64,000 nt of DNA from Prevotella sp. (GTDB taxonomy: Bacteria; Bacteroidota; Bacteroidia; Bacteroidales; Bacteroidaceae), in the NCBI GenBank assembly GCA_050875105.1, contig JBNMMB010000001.1, positions 12,597 through 76,596 on the forward strand, read 5' to 3'. How positions within the stretch are numbered: position 1 is the first letter of the stretch; the number at the start of each line of letters is the position of its first letter. Shown here piece after piece: positions 9,538-17,151 of this stretch. The position numbers and the translations under genes were made by a program. The notes under the pieces are model-generated. The model ran no database searches and was not told the origin of the DNA. It saw only the letters and a program-made list of their open reading frames with translations.

Positions 9538-10596
9538 TTATTTGTAGAAGTTGTGCTTGTAAGCCTCGAACTCGTCCTTGCCCCGCACGCAGCGCAACCA
9601 CCATGCTTTCAGAAATCCGCAGCCGTAACCCATGAGCTGGGTGAAGGCGGCCCGCACGGCGAGGGCGGCGATGCGCAGGCTCCCCGTCTGGCAGTTGGCG
9701 TCGAGGAAGATCACGGCGGCGTAGAAGAGCAGCATGGCCAGCGACAGCGCACTGACCGCCAGGGGCAGGGCCTGCTCCATGCCATAGCCGGCAAAGAAGA
9801 GGGCCGCGGCGCCGACAAGTCCTCCGATGAAGAGGAGCGACAGCAGGATGACGCCCACCGTGAACACGGCAGGCAGCAGGTGGACGACCTTCAGCGAGTC
9901 GGGGTATTTCTTGTAGAGGTTGATGCGGGCTATGCCACTATTGAACACCTGTCGCCAGAACTTGCGGAAGTCGGTGCGGCGCTTGTGATAGACCCAGGCG
10001 CCGGGGAAGAGGCGTGTCTTGTAGCCGGCCTTGATGATGCGGATGGAGAAGTCGATGTCCTCGCCGAAGCGCATCTTCGAGAAACCGCCGAGGTGGTTGT
10101 AGACCTCGCGGCGGATGCCCATGTTGAACGAGCGGGGCTAAAACTTGTCGAGCTTCTTCTTGCCGCCGCGGATGCCTCCGGTGGTGAAGAAGGAGGTCAT
10201 CGAATAGGAGATGGCCTTCTGCACGGGCGTGAACGAGTCGGCGGCGCGGTCGGGACCGCCAAAGGCGTCGCAGGGCTCGCGGCGGAGCTCGTCGTCGACG
10301 GCCTGGAGGTAGCCCTCGGGCAAGACGACGTCGGAGTCGAGGATCAGCACATAGTCGCCCGTGGCGCGCTCCACGCCATAGTTGCGGCTCTGTCCGGGTC
10401 CGCTGTTCTCCTTCATATAATAATGGAGGGCCATCTTGTCCTCATAGCGCGCACACACCTCACGACAGGGTGTCTGCGAGCCATCCTCGACGACGATGAC
10501 CTCAAAGTCGGTGAACGACTGGTGGAGCAGACTGCCGAGCAGCTCGTCCACCTCGTCGGGGCGGTTGTAAACGGGGATAACCAGGCTGTATCTCAT
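9538..10596 (-). pseudogene. family-2 glycosyltransferase interrupted by one in-frame TAG (10138-10140)
   Basis: The N-terminal catalytic half (MRYSLVIPVYN...DGS...ILDSD, 10141-10596) and the C-terminal half with TM helices (9538-10122) are in the same frame. The minus strand reads ...KKKLDKF-TAG-PRSFNMGIRREV..., so a single stop codon splits one otherwise colinear GT2 gene. Confidence 0.7.
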
Positions 10597-10721
10597 TTCT
10601 TGGAAATCATAGGTTAAAGATGGGTTGCGAGGTAACAAAAAAGGGCAAGAAGGCTGTGGCCATGGCCATGCCATGGCACACGTCAACCTTCTTACCCTTG
10701 CGTTATCTCGTTGTGCGCGAG

Positions 10722-11294
10722 TTACTTCTTCTCAGTCACGCGGCTGACATAGCTGCCATCCTCGGTGCTGATGGTGATGACGTCGCCCTCGTTGATGAAC
10801 AGGGGCACGCGCACCTCAGCGCCCGTCTCCAGTGTGGCAGGCTTGGTGGCGTTGGTGGCGGTGTTGCCCTTCACGCCGGGCTCAGAGTGAGTCACAGTGA
10901 GGTTGGTCTTGGGAGGCATCTCGGCAGAGAGGATCGTGCCGTCGTCAGCAGAGATCTGCACGTCGACGATGTCGCCTTCCTTCATGTACTCACCACCCGT
11001 GATGAGGTCGCGGCTGATGGGGAACTGCTCGAAGGTCTCCTGGTTCATGAAGATGCAACCTGTGGGATCCTCATAGAGATACTGGTAGGAACGGTGCTCC
11101 ACACGCACGTCGTCGAGCTTGAAGCCCACCTGGAACGTGCGATCGAGGACGCGGCCGTCGGCCACATTCTTCAGCTTGGTGTTCATGACGGTGTTACCCT
11201 TGCCCGGCTTGCGGTGCTCAAACCAGATGCACTTCCAGATGCCGCCATCCATGCGGATGCAAGTGCCTTTTTTGATTTCCTGTGAATTAATCAT
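10722..11294 (-). CDS. efp: elongation factor P
   Basis: The track ORF was trimmed to the ATG at 11294 (MINSQEIKKG...), giving 190 aa. The EF-P loop KPGKG and the three-domain length are present. A -7 box lies upstream. Confidence 0.9.
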   Translation of the reverse strand: MINSQEIKKGTCIRMDGGIWKCIWFEHRKPGKGNTVMNTKLKNVADGRVLDRTFQVGFKLDDVRVEHRSYQYLYEDPTGCIFMNQETFEQFPISRDLITGGEYMKEGDIVDVQISADDGTILSAEMPPKTNLTVTHSEPGVKGNTATNATKPATLETGAEVRVPLFINEGDVITISTEDGSYVSRVTEKK

Positions 11295-11339
11295 TGTTGT
11301 CTGTCTATGATATTGTTGTTGTCGTCGTTTTAACGGGTG

Positions 11340-11347
11340 CAAAGTTA
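11340..11347 (-). promoter_or_regulatory. -7 promoter box (TAACTTTG on minus strand) for efp
   Basis: The plus strand reads CAAAGTTA, the reverse complement of TAnnTTTG, about 45 nt upstream of the efp ATG. Confidence 0.5.
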
Positions 11348-11421
11348 CTACATTTTTATAAAAAACATATAGATTAAAGCCGAAAAAACGCTTATTTCTT
11401 TGCCATTTAAAAAATAATGAG

Positions 11422-11429
11422 TAATTTTG
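11422..11429 (+). promoter_or_regulatory. -7 promoter box (TAATTTTG) for rpmH
   Basis: Exact TAnnTTTG match 72 nt upstream of the rpmH ATG. A 7-bp hairpin (AGGAATG/CATTCCT, about 11440-11460) lies in the leader. Confidence 0.45.
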
Positions 11430-11500
11430 CAGCCCAAAAGGAATGCTTTGGCCATTCCTCGCATCACAAGCAATAACAAACAATTAAAATATCAACGAAA

Positions 11501-11656
11501 ATGAAAAGAACATTCCAGCCTCACAATCGTCGTCGTGTGAACAAGCATGGCTTCCGCGAGAGAATGGCCACCAAGAACGGCCGTCGCGTGCTGGCTTCTC
11601 GTCGCGCCCATGGCCGCAAGAAGCTGACCGTCTCTGACGAGAACCACGGTAAGTAA
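11501..11656 (+). CDS. rpmH: 50S ribosomal protein L34
   Basis: Absent from the ORF track because it is under 60 aa. My translation is [51 protein letters not shown], which carries the canonical L34 signature MKRTFQP...GFR.RM.T..GR.VL..RR..GRK.L. Confidence 0.9.
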   Translation: MKRTFQPHNRRRVNKHGFRERMATKNGRRVLASRRAHGRKKLTVSDENHGK

Positions 11657-11685
11657 TCGCGCAGAACACAGTCTGACAGACGATA

Positions 11686-11727
11686 AAAAGCAGCATGAAG
11701 GCATCAGCCATCATGCTGCTTTTTGCG
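11686..11727 (+). terminator. rho-independent terminator of rpmH
   Basis: A 10-bp perfect stem (AGCAGCATGA 11689-11698 with TCATGCTGCT 11711-11720) has an A4/T4 extension and is followed by TTTTGCGTTTT. Confidence 0.75.
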
Positions 11728-11804
11728 TTTTCGCCGGTTCATGGCTTCAACCGCAGCCAACAGTCTCGTTCCTTGCCTGAAGGAAATGACAGTGTAAAAA
11801 TTCA

Positions 11805-12189
11805 GACAAACACCCTCAAAATACAGGCGATTTTTTCCACGACAAGATTTTTGGTCGCAAATACGCGATTCTCAGCGGTTTTTATACAAATAGCTGACCT
11901 TCAGCGTCTTATGCAGAAATACGCCTTACAGAAAACTTTGCGCACGCCCAGGGTTTTGCGATAGATATCTTATCGAGTCTCCGTTAGGCACCTATCGAGT
12001 CTCGATAAGATATCTATCGAGTCTCGATTCGATATCTATCGCGACTCGATTAGGCCTCTTTCGCCGAACAATTTCATACAAATTAACCACCGTTAAGACT
12101 TTTAACGAAATTTAATCGGACAAAAGCCTAGAATTTTTCTCTAGAAGGTCAACTCCAGAAGAGCTGGATTTTTCAGAATTTTCAAGACA
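11805..12189 (+). repeat. copy A of a ~385-bp non-coding repeat (inverted partner at 50325-50709)
   Basis: Manual alignment to the reverse complement of 50325-50709 gives 70/73 identities at the 5' end, 123/125 over 12001-12125, and an identical ~27-nt 3' end. These blocks are separated by blocks of roughly 60-70% identity. It contains 22-bp periodic dyad units (ATCGAG at 11972, 11994, 12016; ATCGCG at 12038). Confidence 0.9.
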
Positions 12190-12269
12190 TCTTCTTCTCT
12201 GCCGTCACGCTCGCAAAAAATATGTGTGAAAAAAGCGAGTGGCTGTTTGGGGGTTCGGGCGAATTAACG

Positions 12270-12277
12270 TATCTTTG
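12270..12277 (+). promoter_or_regulatory. -7 promoter box (TATCTTTG) for the PASTA-protein/rluD/ddl gene string
   Basis: Exact TAnnTTTG match 19 nt upstream of the ATG at 12296. Confidence 0.5.
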
Positions 12278-12295
12278 TGGAAAAATACCACACCG

Positions 12296-13015
12296 ATGAC
12301 GGCATCAGAATTCTTCGGAAAGTTCAAAAGCAAATACCTATGGGGCAACCTGGCGGCCATGGCGCTCGTCATTGTCGTGCTACTGCTGGGCGTGAAGTTT
12401 GGCATAGGCATTTACACCCATCACGGCGAATCGATCGTCATTCCCAACCTCGTGCACAAGAAATACGCCAATGCGGCACAGGTGCTCGACCAGCTGGGAC
12501 TGCGCATCGAGGTGAGCGACACGGGCTACGTGAAGACGCTCCCACCCGACTGCATCCTCGAGCAAAATCCCGAGCCGGGCGAGCGCGTGAAGTCGGGACA
12601 CATCATCTACGTCACCATCAACGCCAGCCACACCCCGACGCTGACGCTGCCCGACATCATCGACAACAGTTCGCTGCGCGAGGCCATGGCCAAGTTGACG
12701 GCCATGGGCTTCAAGCTCACGCCGCCACAGTTTGTGCCGGGTGAGAAAGACTGGGTCTACGGCGTGGTCGTGAATGGCCGCCACGTGGTCTACGGCGACA
12801 AGATACCCGTCGACGCCGCCGTCACCATCCAGGCCGGCAACGGACAGCGCGACGCCAGCGACTCGGTGAACTATGTGGGCGTGGAGCCCGACGACAACTT
12901 CGACGACGACGGGACGGGCGACACCGATCCCTTCGAAGAGGTGAAGGAACAGCCCGCCATGCCGGCGGAGCCCACTGAGCCGACCCACGGCGAGCCTGGG
13001 CAACACGGCGAATGA
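12296..13015 (+). CDS. stand-alone PASTA-domain membrane protein with acidic C-terminal tail
   Basis: Trimmed to the ATG at 12296 (MTASEFFGKF...). One TM helix is followed by two or three PASTA-like repeats (VIPNLVHKKYANAAQVLDQLGL..., TLPDIIDNSSLREAMAKLTAMGF...). No kinase or transpeptidase domain is present. Confidence 0.75.
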   Translation: MTASEFFGKFKSKYLWGNLAAMALVIVVLLLGVKFGIGIYTHHGESIVIPNLVHKKYANAAQVLDQLGLRIEVSDTGYVKTLPPDCILEQNPEPGERVKSGHIIYVTINASHTPTLTLPDIIDNSSLREAMAKLTAMGFKLTPPQFVPGEKDWVYGVVVNGRHVVYGDKIPVDAAVTIQAGNGQRDASDSVNYVGVEPDDNFDDDGTGDTDPFEEVKEQPAMPAEPTEPTHGEPGQHGE

Positions 13016-13036
13016 ACAACCCAAAACGATCAGAAC

Positions 13037-14122
13037 ATGACAGACTACACAGACGACATAGACCTCCTGGAGGACGACACCCTGGCCGACGCCACACCCT
13101 CGACAGGCGACCAACAGCTCTATGAGCACTGGCGCATGGAGGTGGACACCGGACAGGCCCCCACGCGCATCGACAAGTTCCTGGCCGAGCACATGCAGCA
13201 CTCCAGCCGCAACCGCATACAGACAGCCGCCGACGCGGGCTGCATCTTCGTGGGCGACAAGCCCGTGAAGAGCAACTACAAGGTGCGCCCCGGCGACATC
13301 ATCACCCTGAAGCTCGACCGCCCCAAGCACGACACGACCATCCACGCCGAGGACATCCCGCTCGACATCGTCTATGAGGACGACGACCTCATGGTGGTCA
13401 ACAAGCCCGTGGGCATGGTGGTGCACCCGGGCGCCGGCAACTTCACGGGGACGCTCATCAACGCCGTGGCATGGCACATGAAAGACGTGCCGTCGTTCGA
13501 CGCCAACGACCCCGAGGTGGGCCTGGTGCACCGCATCGACAAGGACACCAGCGGACTGCTCGTGGTGGCCAAGACCCCCGAGGCCAAGACGGCGCTGGGC
13601 AAGCAGTTTTTCAACAAGACCACCCACCGCAGCTACAACGCCCTGGTGTGGGGCAACCTCGTGGAGGACGAGGGGCGCATCGAGGGCAACATCGCGCGCG
13701 ACCCGAAAGACCGGCTCCGCATGAAGGTGTTCGACCCCGCCTCGGGCATCGGCAAGCCGGCCGTCACCCACTGGCGCGTGCTCGAGCGCTTCGGCTACAC
13801 CACGCTCGTGGAGTGTGTGCTCGAGACGGGACGCACCCACCAGATCCGCGCCCACATGAAGCACATCGGCCACCCGCTCTTTGCCGACGAGCGCTATGGC
13901 GGCACCGAGATCCTGCGCGGACAGCGCAGCTCCAGCTACCGCGCCTTCATCCGCAACTGCTTCGCCCTGTGCCCGCGCCAGGCGCTCCACGCCAAGACGC
14001 TCGGCTTCGTGCACCCACGCACCGGACAGCAGATGGACTTCGACTCGCCCTGGCCAGCCGACCTGCAGGCGCTCATCGACCACTGGCGCACGTTCATCAG
14101 CGGCACACGGCGCGAGGACTAA
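13037..14122 (+). CDS. rluD: RluA-family 23S rRNA pseudouridine synthase (RluD-like)
   Basis: 361 aa with an S4-like N-domain. The catalytic block is GLVHRIDKDTSGLLVVAK, followed by TGRTHQIRAHM. Confidence 0.85.
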   Translation: MTDYTDDIDLLEDDTLADATPSTGDQQLYEHWRMEVDTGQAPTRIDKFLAEHMQHSSRNRIQTAADAGCIFVGDKPVKSNYKVRPGDIITLKLDRPKHDTTIHAEDIPLDIVYEDDDLMVVNKPVGMVVHPGAGNFTGTLINAVAWHMKDVPSFDANDPEVGLVHRIDKDTSGLLVVAKTPEAKTALGKQFFNKTTHRSYNALVWGNLVEDEGRIEGNIARDPKDRLRMKVFDPASGIGKPAVTHWRVLERFGYTTLVECVLETGRTHQIRAHMKHIGHPLFADERYGGTEILRGQRSSSYRAFIRNCFALCPRQALHAKTLGFVHPRTGQQMDFDSPWPADLQALIDHWRTFISGTRRED

Positions 14123-14172
14123 CGCGCCACACACAACCAAGACAAACAGAGAATACAACAATAACAAACAAG

Positions 14173-15171
14173 ATGAAAGATCTAAAAAGAAACATTGCCA
14201 TCGTCTGCGGTGGCGACTCCTCGGAGCACGACGTGTCCATGCGCTCGGCCCAGGGACTGTATTCATTCTTCGACAAGGAACGTTACAATGTCTACATCGT
14301 CGACGTGAAAGGCAACGATTGGCATGTGGAGTTTGAGGACGGCAACGTCGCCCCCATCGACAGAAACGACTTCTCGTTCATCGGCGAGAACGGCAAGGCG
14401 GTGGTCTTCGACTACGCCTACATCACCATACACGGCACCCCCGGCGAGAACGGCATCATGCAGGGCTACTTCGACCTCATCCACCTGCCCTACTCCACCA
14501 GCGGCGTACTGGTCGAGGCCATGACGTTCAACAAGTATGTGCTCAACAACTACCTCCGCGCCTTTGGCGTGCGTGTGGCCGACAGCATCCTACTGCGCCT
14601 GGGCGACAGCTACGACGAGAGCGCCATCGAGAAGCGTCTGGGCATGCCCGTCTTCGTGAAGCCCTCGGCCGACGGCAGCAGCTTCGGCGTGTCGAAGGTG
14701 AAAAACGCCGACCAGCTGGCACCGGCCCTGCGCGTGGCGTTCATGGAGAGCAGCGAGGTGATGATCGAGAGCTACATGAAGGGCACCGAGATCTCCATCG
14801 GCTGCTACAAGACGCGTGAGAAGTCGGTGGTCTTCCCCGCCACGGAGGTGGTGACCAAGAACGAGTTCTTCGACTACGACGCCAAGTACAACGGCCAGGT
14901 GCAGGAGATCACGCCGGCCCGCCTGGCTGACGCCACCGCCAAGAAGGTGGCCGAGGAGACCAGCAAAATCTACGACATCCTCCACTGCAACGGCATCATC
15001 CGCATCGACTACATCATCACCAAGGACGCCGAAGGCAACGACGTGGTGAACATGCTCGAGATCAACACCACGCCGGGCATGACGCCGACAAGTTTCATCC
15101 CGCAGCAGGTGCGCGCCGCCGGCCTCGACATCAAGGACGTGCTGACCGACATCGTGGAGAACCAGTTTTGA
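14173..15171 (+). CDS. ddl: D-alanine--D-alanine ligase
   Basis: The track ORF 13471-15171 carries a ~230-aa Arg/Pro-rich spurious extension. The real start is the ATG at 14173 (MKDLKRNIAIVCGGDSSEHDVSMRSA...), giving 332 aa with ATP-grasp blocks and a C-terminal EINTTPGMT motif. Confidence 0.9.
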   Translation: MKDLKRNIAIVCGGDSSEHDVSMRSAQGLYSFFDKERYNVYIVDVKGNDWHVEFEDGNVAPIDRNDFSFIGENGKAVVFDYAYITIHGTPGENGIMQGYFDLIHLPYSTSGVLVEAMTFNKYVLNNYLRAFGVRVADSILLRLGDSYDESAIEKRLGMPVFVKPSADGSSFGVSKVKNADQLAPALRVAFMESSEVMIESYMKGTEISIGCYKTREKSVVFPATEVVTKNEFFDYDAKYNGQVQEITPARLADATAKKVAEETSKIYDILHCNGIIRIDYIITKDAEGNDVVNMLEINTTPGMTPTSFIPQQVRAAGLDIKDVLTDIVENQF

Positions 15172-15207
15172 GCCGTCACAGGCTGCATCCTGTAATCACC
15201 TGAGATT

Positions 15208-16362
15208 ATGATCATACCCGAGAAATTCAAAGACATCAGGCCTTTTGAGCCCGAGGAGCTGCCTGAGGTCTACGACCGGCTGCTGGCCAACCCGCAGTTC
15301 CAGGCCGTGGTGCGCCACATCTATCCCGACGTGCCATTTGACATGATCGCCGCGAAGATGCGCTCGTGCCACACCTGCCTCGACTTCCAACTGCAGTTCT
15401 GCTACAAGTTTCTCGAAAACTTGATGCGAAAGGCCAGCCTCGGCTTCGAGATGGACAGCCAGGCCGTGGACAACACACGGCGCTACACGTTCATGAGCAA
15501 CCACCGCGACATCGTGCTCGACTCGGCCCTGCTCGACAAGCTCCTGGTGGACGCGGGCTTCACGACGACCTGCGAGATCGCCATCGGCGACAACCTGCTC
15601 TCCCTGCCCTGGGTGAAAGACCTCGTGAGGCTCAACAAGAGCTTCATCGTGCAGCGCGGCCTACCCATGCGCGAGATGCTCGTGGCCAGCAAGACGCTGT
15701 CTGAATACATGCACTTCGCCATCCAGGAGAAGCACGAGAACATCTGGATCGCCCAGCGCGCTGGCCGCGCCAAGGACTCCAACGACCGCACCGCCGACGG
15801 CGTGCTGAAGATGATGACCATGGGCGGCAAGGGCTCGGTCACCGAGAAGCTGAAGGGGCTCCACATCGTGCCGCTCACCATCTCGTACGAGTACGACCCC
15901 TGCGACTTCCTCAAGGCCAAGGAGTTTCAGCAGCGACGCGACAACCCGCAATGGAAGAAAGGCCCCACCGACGACATCGTGTCCATGCAGACGGGCATCA
16001 TGGGCTTCAAAGGCCACGTGCACTACCACTGCGCGCCATGCATCGACGACTTCCTCGACAGCATACCCGCCGACACGCCCAAGAGTGACATCTATCGCAT
16101 CATCGCCGACCACATCGACCACGAGATCCACCGCAACTACCGGCTCTACACCTCCAACTATGTGGCGCTCGACGAGTTGCAGGAGACCGACGCCCACCAT
16201 GACCACTACACGGAGGAGGACAAGGCGGTGTTCGACCGCTACCTGGCGGGACAACTGGCGAAGATCGACCTGCCCAACAAGGACGAGGCGTATCTCCGCA
16301 AGTGCATCCTGACGATGTATGCCAACCCGGCCATCAACCACCTGGCAGCGCTGAACGGATGA
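15208..16362 (+). CDS. PlsC/GPAT-family acyltransferase
   Basis: 384 aa. The HX4D acyltransferase motif (NHRDIVLD) and a downstream IAQRAGRAKD block are present. Lipid substrate unknown. Confidence 0.7.
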   Translation: MIIPEKFKDIRPFEPEELPEVYDRLLANPQFQAVVRHIYPDVPFDMIAAKMRSCHTCLDFQLQFCYKFLENLMRKASLGFEMDSQAVDNTRRYTFMSNHRDIVLDSALLDKLLVDAGFTTTCEIAIGDNLLSLPWVKDLVRLNKSFIVQRGLPMREMLVASKTLSEYMHFAIQEKHENIWIAQRAGRAKDSNDRTADGVLKMMTMGGKGSVTEKLKGLHIVPLTISYEYDPCDFLKAKEFQQRRDNPQWKKGPTDDIVSMQTGIMGFKGHVHYHCAPCIDDFLDSIPADTPKSDIYRIIADHIDHEIHRNYRLYTSNYVALDELQETDAHHDHYTEEDKAVFDRYLAGQLAKIDLPNKDEAYLRKCILTMYANPAINHLAALNG

Positions 16363-17027
16363 ACCGACGAGGCATGACACGGCGACCGCGACAGGCCCTC
16401 ATCGGCGCCTTGGCCACGCTGGCCTTGGCCGCATGCTCCAGTGAGCCTTACGACACGGGCGACGGCCACTACAGCTACCTCCAGGCCGACTTCGGCATGG
16501 CGCATGTGACGGCCGCGAAGACCGCCGACTACATGCTGACCGACCGTGGCGACACGGTGCGCTTTGCCGTGCCGGCCACCGCCAGTTGGCTGCCGGCGAA
16601 GGACACCCTGTGTCGCGCCCTGGTCTATCACGACGTGAAGACAAGACGCGTGTTCACCTTGTCGCAGGTGCTGGTCACACGCCCACTGGCCACGGCCGGC
16701 ACCGACAGCGTGCCCACCGACCCGCTGACCATCGAGAGCGCATGGCCCGGTGGCGGCTATCTCAACATCGGCTTTGCCGTGAAGTCGGGCAAGACCGACG
16801 AGGTGGACGCACGCCAGTCCATCGGTCTCCTGGTAGACACCATCGAGACTGCGGGCGACACGGTGCGCGCCGTGACCTTGCGCGTGTTGCACGGACAGAA
16901 CGGGGTGCCGGAGTATTACACCGTCCGCGGCTATCTCAGCACGCCACGCCCACCATCGTGGCGACACGCACGGATCACCATCGTGGCCAACGGCTATCAC
17001 GGGCCGCAATCGCTGACCGTCCAGTAA
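16359..17027 (+). CDS. lipoprotein, NigD-like (tentative)
   Basis: Trimmed to the ATG at 16359, which forms an ATGA overlap with the upstream stop. It has a lipobox (LALAACSSE). The size and beta-rich sequence recall Bacteroidales NigD-like proteins; this family call is from memory and unverified. Confidence 0.5.
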   Translation: MNRRGMTRRPRQALIGALATLALAACSSEPYDTGDGHYSYLQADFGMAHVTAAKTADYMLTDRGDTVRFAVPATASWLPAKDTLCRALVYHDVKTRRVFTLSQVLVTRPLATAGTDSVPTDPLTIESAWPGGGYLNIGFAVKSGKTDEVDARQSIGLLVDTIETAGDTVRAVTLRVLHGQNGVPEYYTVRGYLSTPRPPSWRHARITIVANGYHGPQSLTVQ

Positions 17028-17040
17028 AGGACCAACAAAA

Positions 17041-17095
17041 GGTAAAGGCTGCTTCCCAAACCACAGGGTTCGGAAAGCAGCCTTTACCTTATTTA
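17041..17095. terminator. bidirectional terminator between the NigD-like gene and kbl
   Basis: A 12-bp perfect stem (GGTAAAGGCTGC 17041-17052 with GCAGCCTTTACC 17077-17088) extends by TTCC/GGAA. An A-run lies upstream and TTATTTAT downstream. Confidence 0.7.
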
Positions 17096-17151
17096 TATAA
17101 CATGCGCTGACATCAGCGCAACAAATCGATTATCTCAGCACACCGGTCGGC

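Noticed and set aside
10138-10140. Recoding of the in-frame TAG in the GT2 gene (pyrrolysine or suppressor read-through).
   Set aside because: No Pyl machinery or suppressor tRNA is visible in the window, and such recoding is not known in Bacteroidota. A nonsense mutation or sequencing error is far more parsimonious.
11695-11964. An 89-aa ORF in repeat copy A, and a 93-aa ORF (50399-50680, minus strand) in copy B, as possible coding genes.
   Set aside because: The two ORFs occupy different reading frames of the homologous sequence, and their translations are unrelated. The first begins inside the rpmH terminator. Conservation between the copies is block-wise at the nucleotide level, not codon-like.
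11958-12060. A CRISPR array as the explanation for the 22-bp periodic repeats (also 50464-50556).
   Set aside because: The 22-bp period leaves no room for a repeat plus a unique spacer. The units are contiguous degenerate copies of one dyad-containing motif, only 4-5 units are present, and there are no cas genes in the window.
11805-12189. An IS element, MITE or prophage att-site interpretation of the 385-bp repeat.
   Set aside because: There are no terminal inverted repeats (the ends GACAAACACC... and ...TTTTCAAGACA are unrelated) and no flanking direct duplication. There is no transposase or integrase, and the bracketed 38 kb consists of core metabolism and cell-envelope genes. This is not fully excluded without genome-wide copy-number data.
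11657-12295. A chromosomal replication origin (oriC) next to rpmH.
   Set aside because: rpmH often neighbours dnaA and oriC, and the spacer is AT-rich with repeats. However, I found no TTATCCACA-type DnaA boxes; the closest, TTATCGAGT, has 3 mismatches. There is no dnaA or dnaN nearby, and the same element is duplicated 38 kb away upstream of mraZ.
13471-14172. An N-terminal extension of about 230 aa on the ddl ORF. Similar extensions occur on the PAP2 (8835-9059), efp (11295-11483), argF' (20573-20791), argG (29476-29547) and CYTH (35604-35672) ORFs.
   Set aside because: The extensions are Arg/Pro/His-rich or otherwise non-homologous and overlap upstream genes or promoters. Family-typical N-termini begin at internal ATGs, several of which have a TAnnTTTG box at the right distance.
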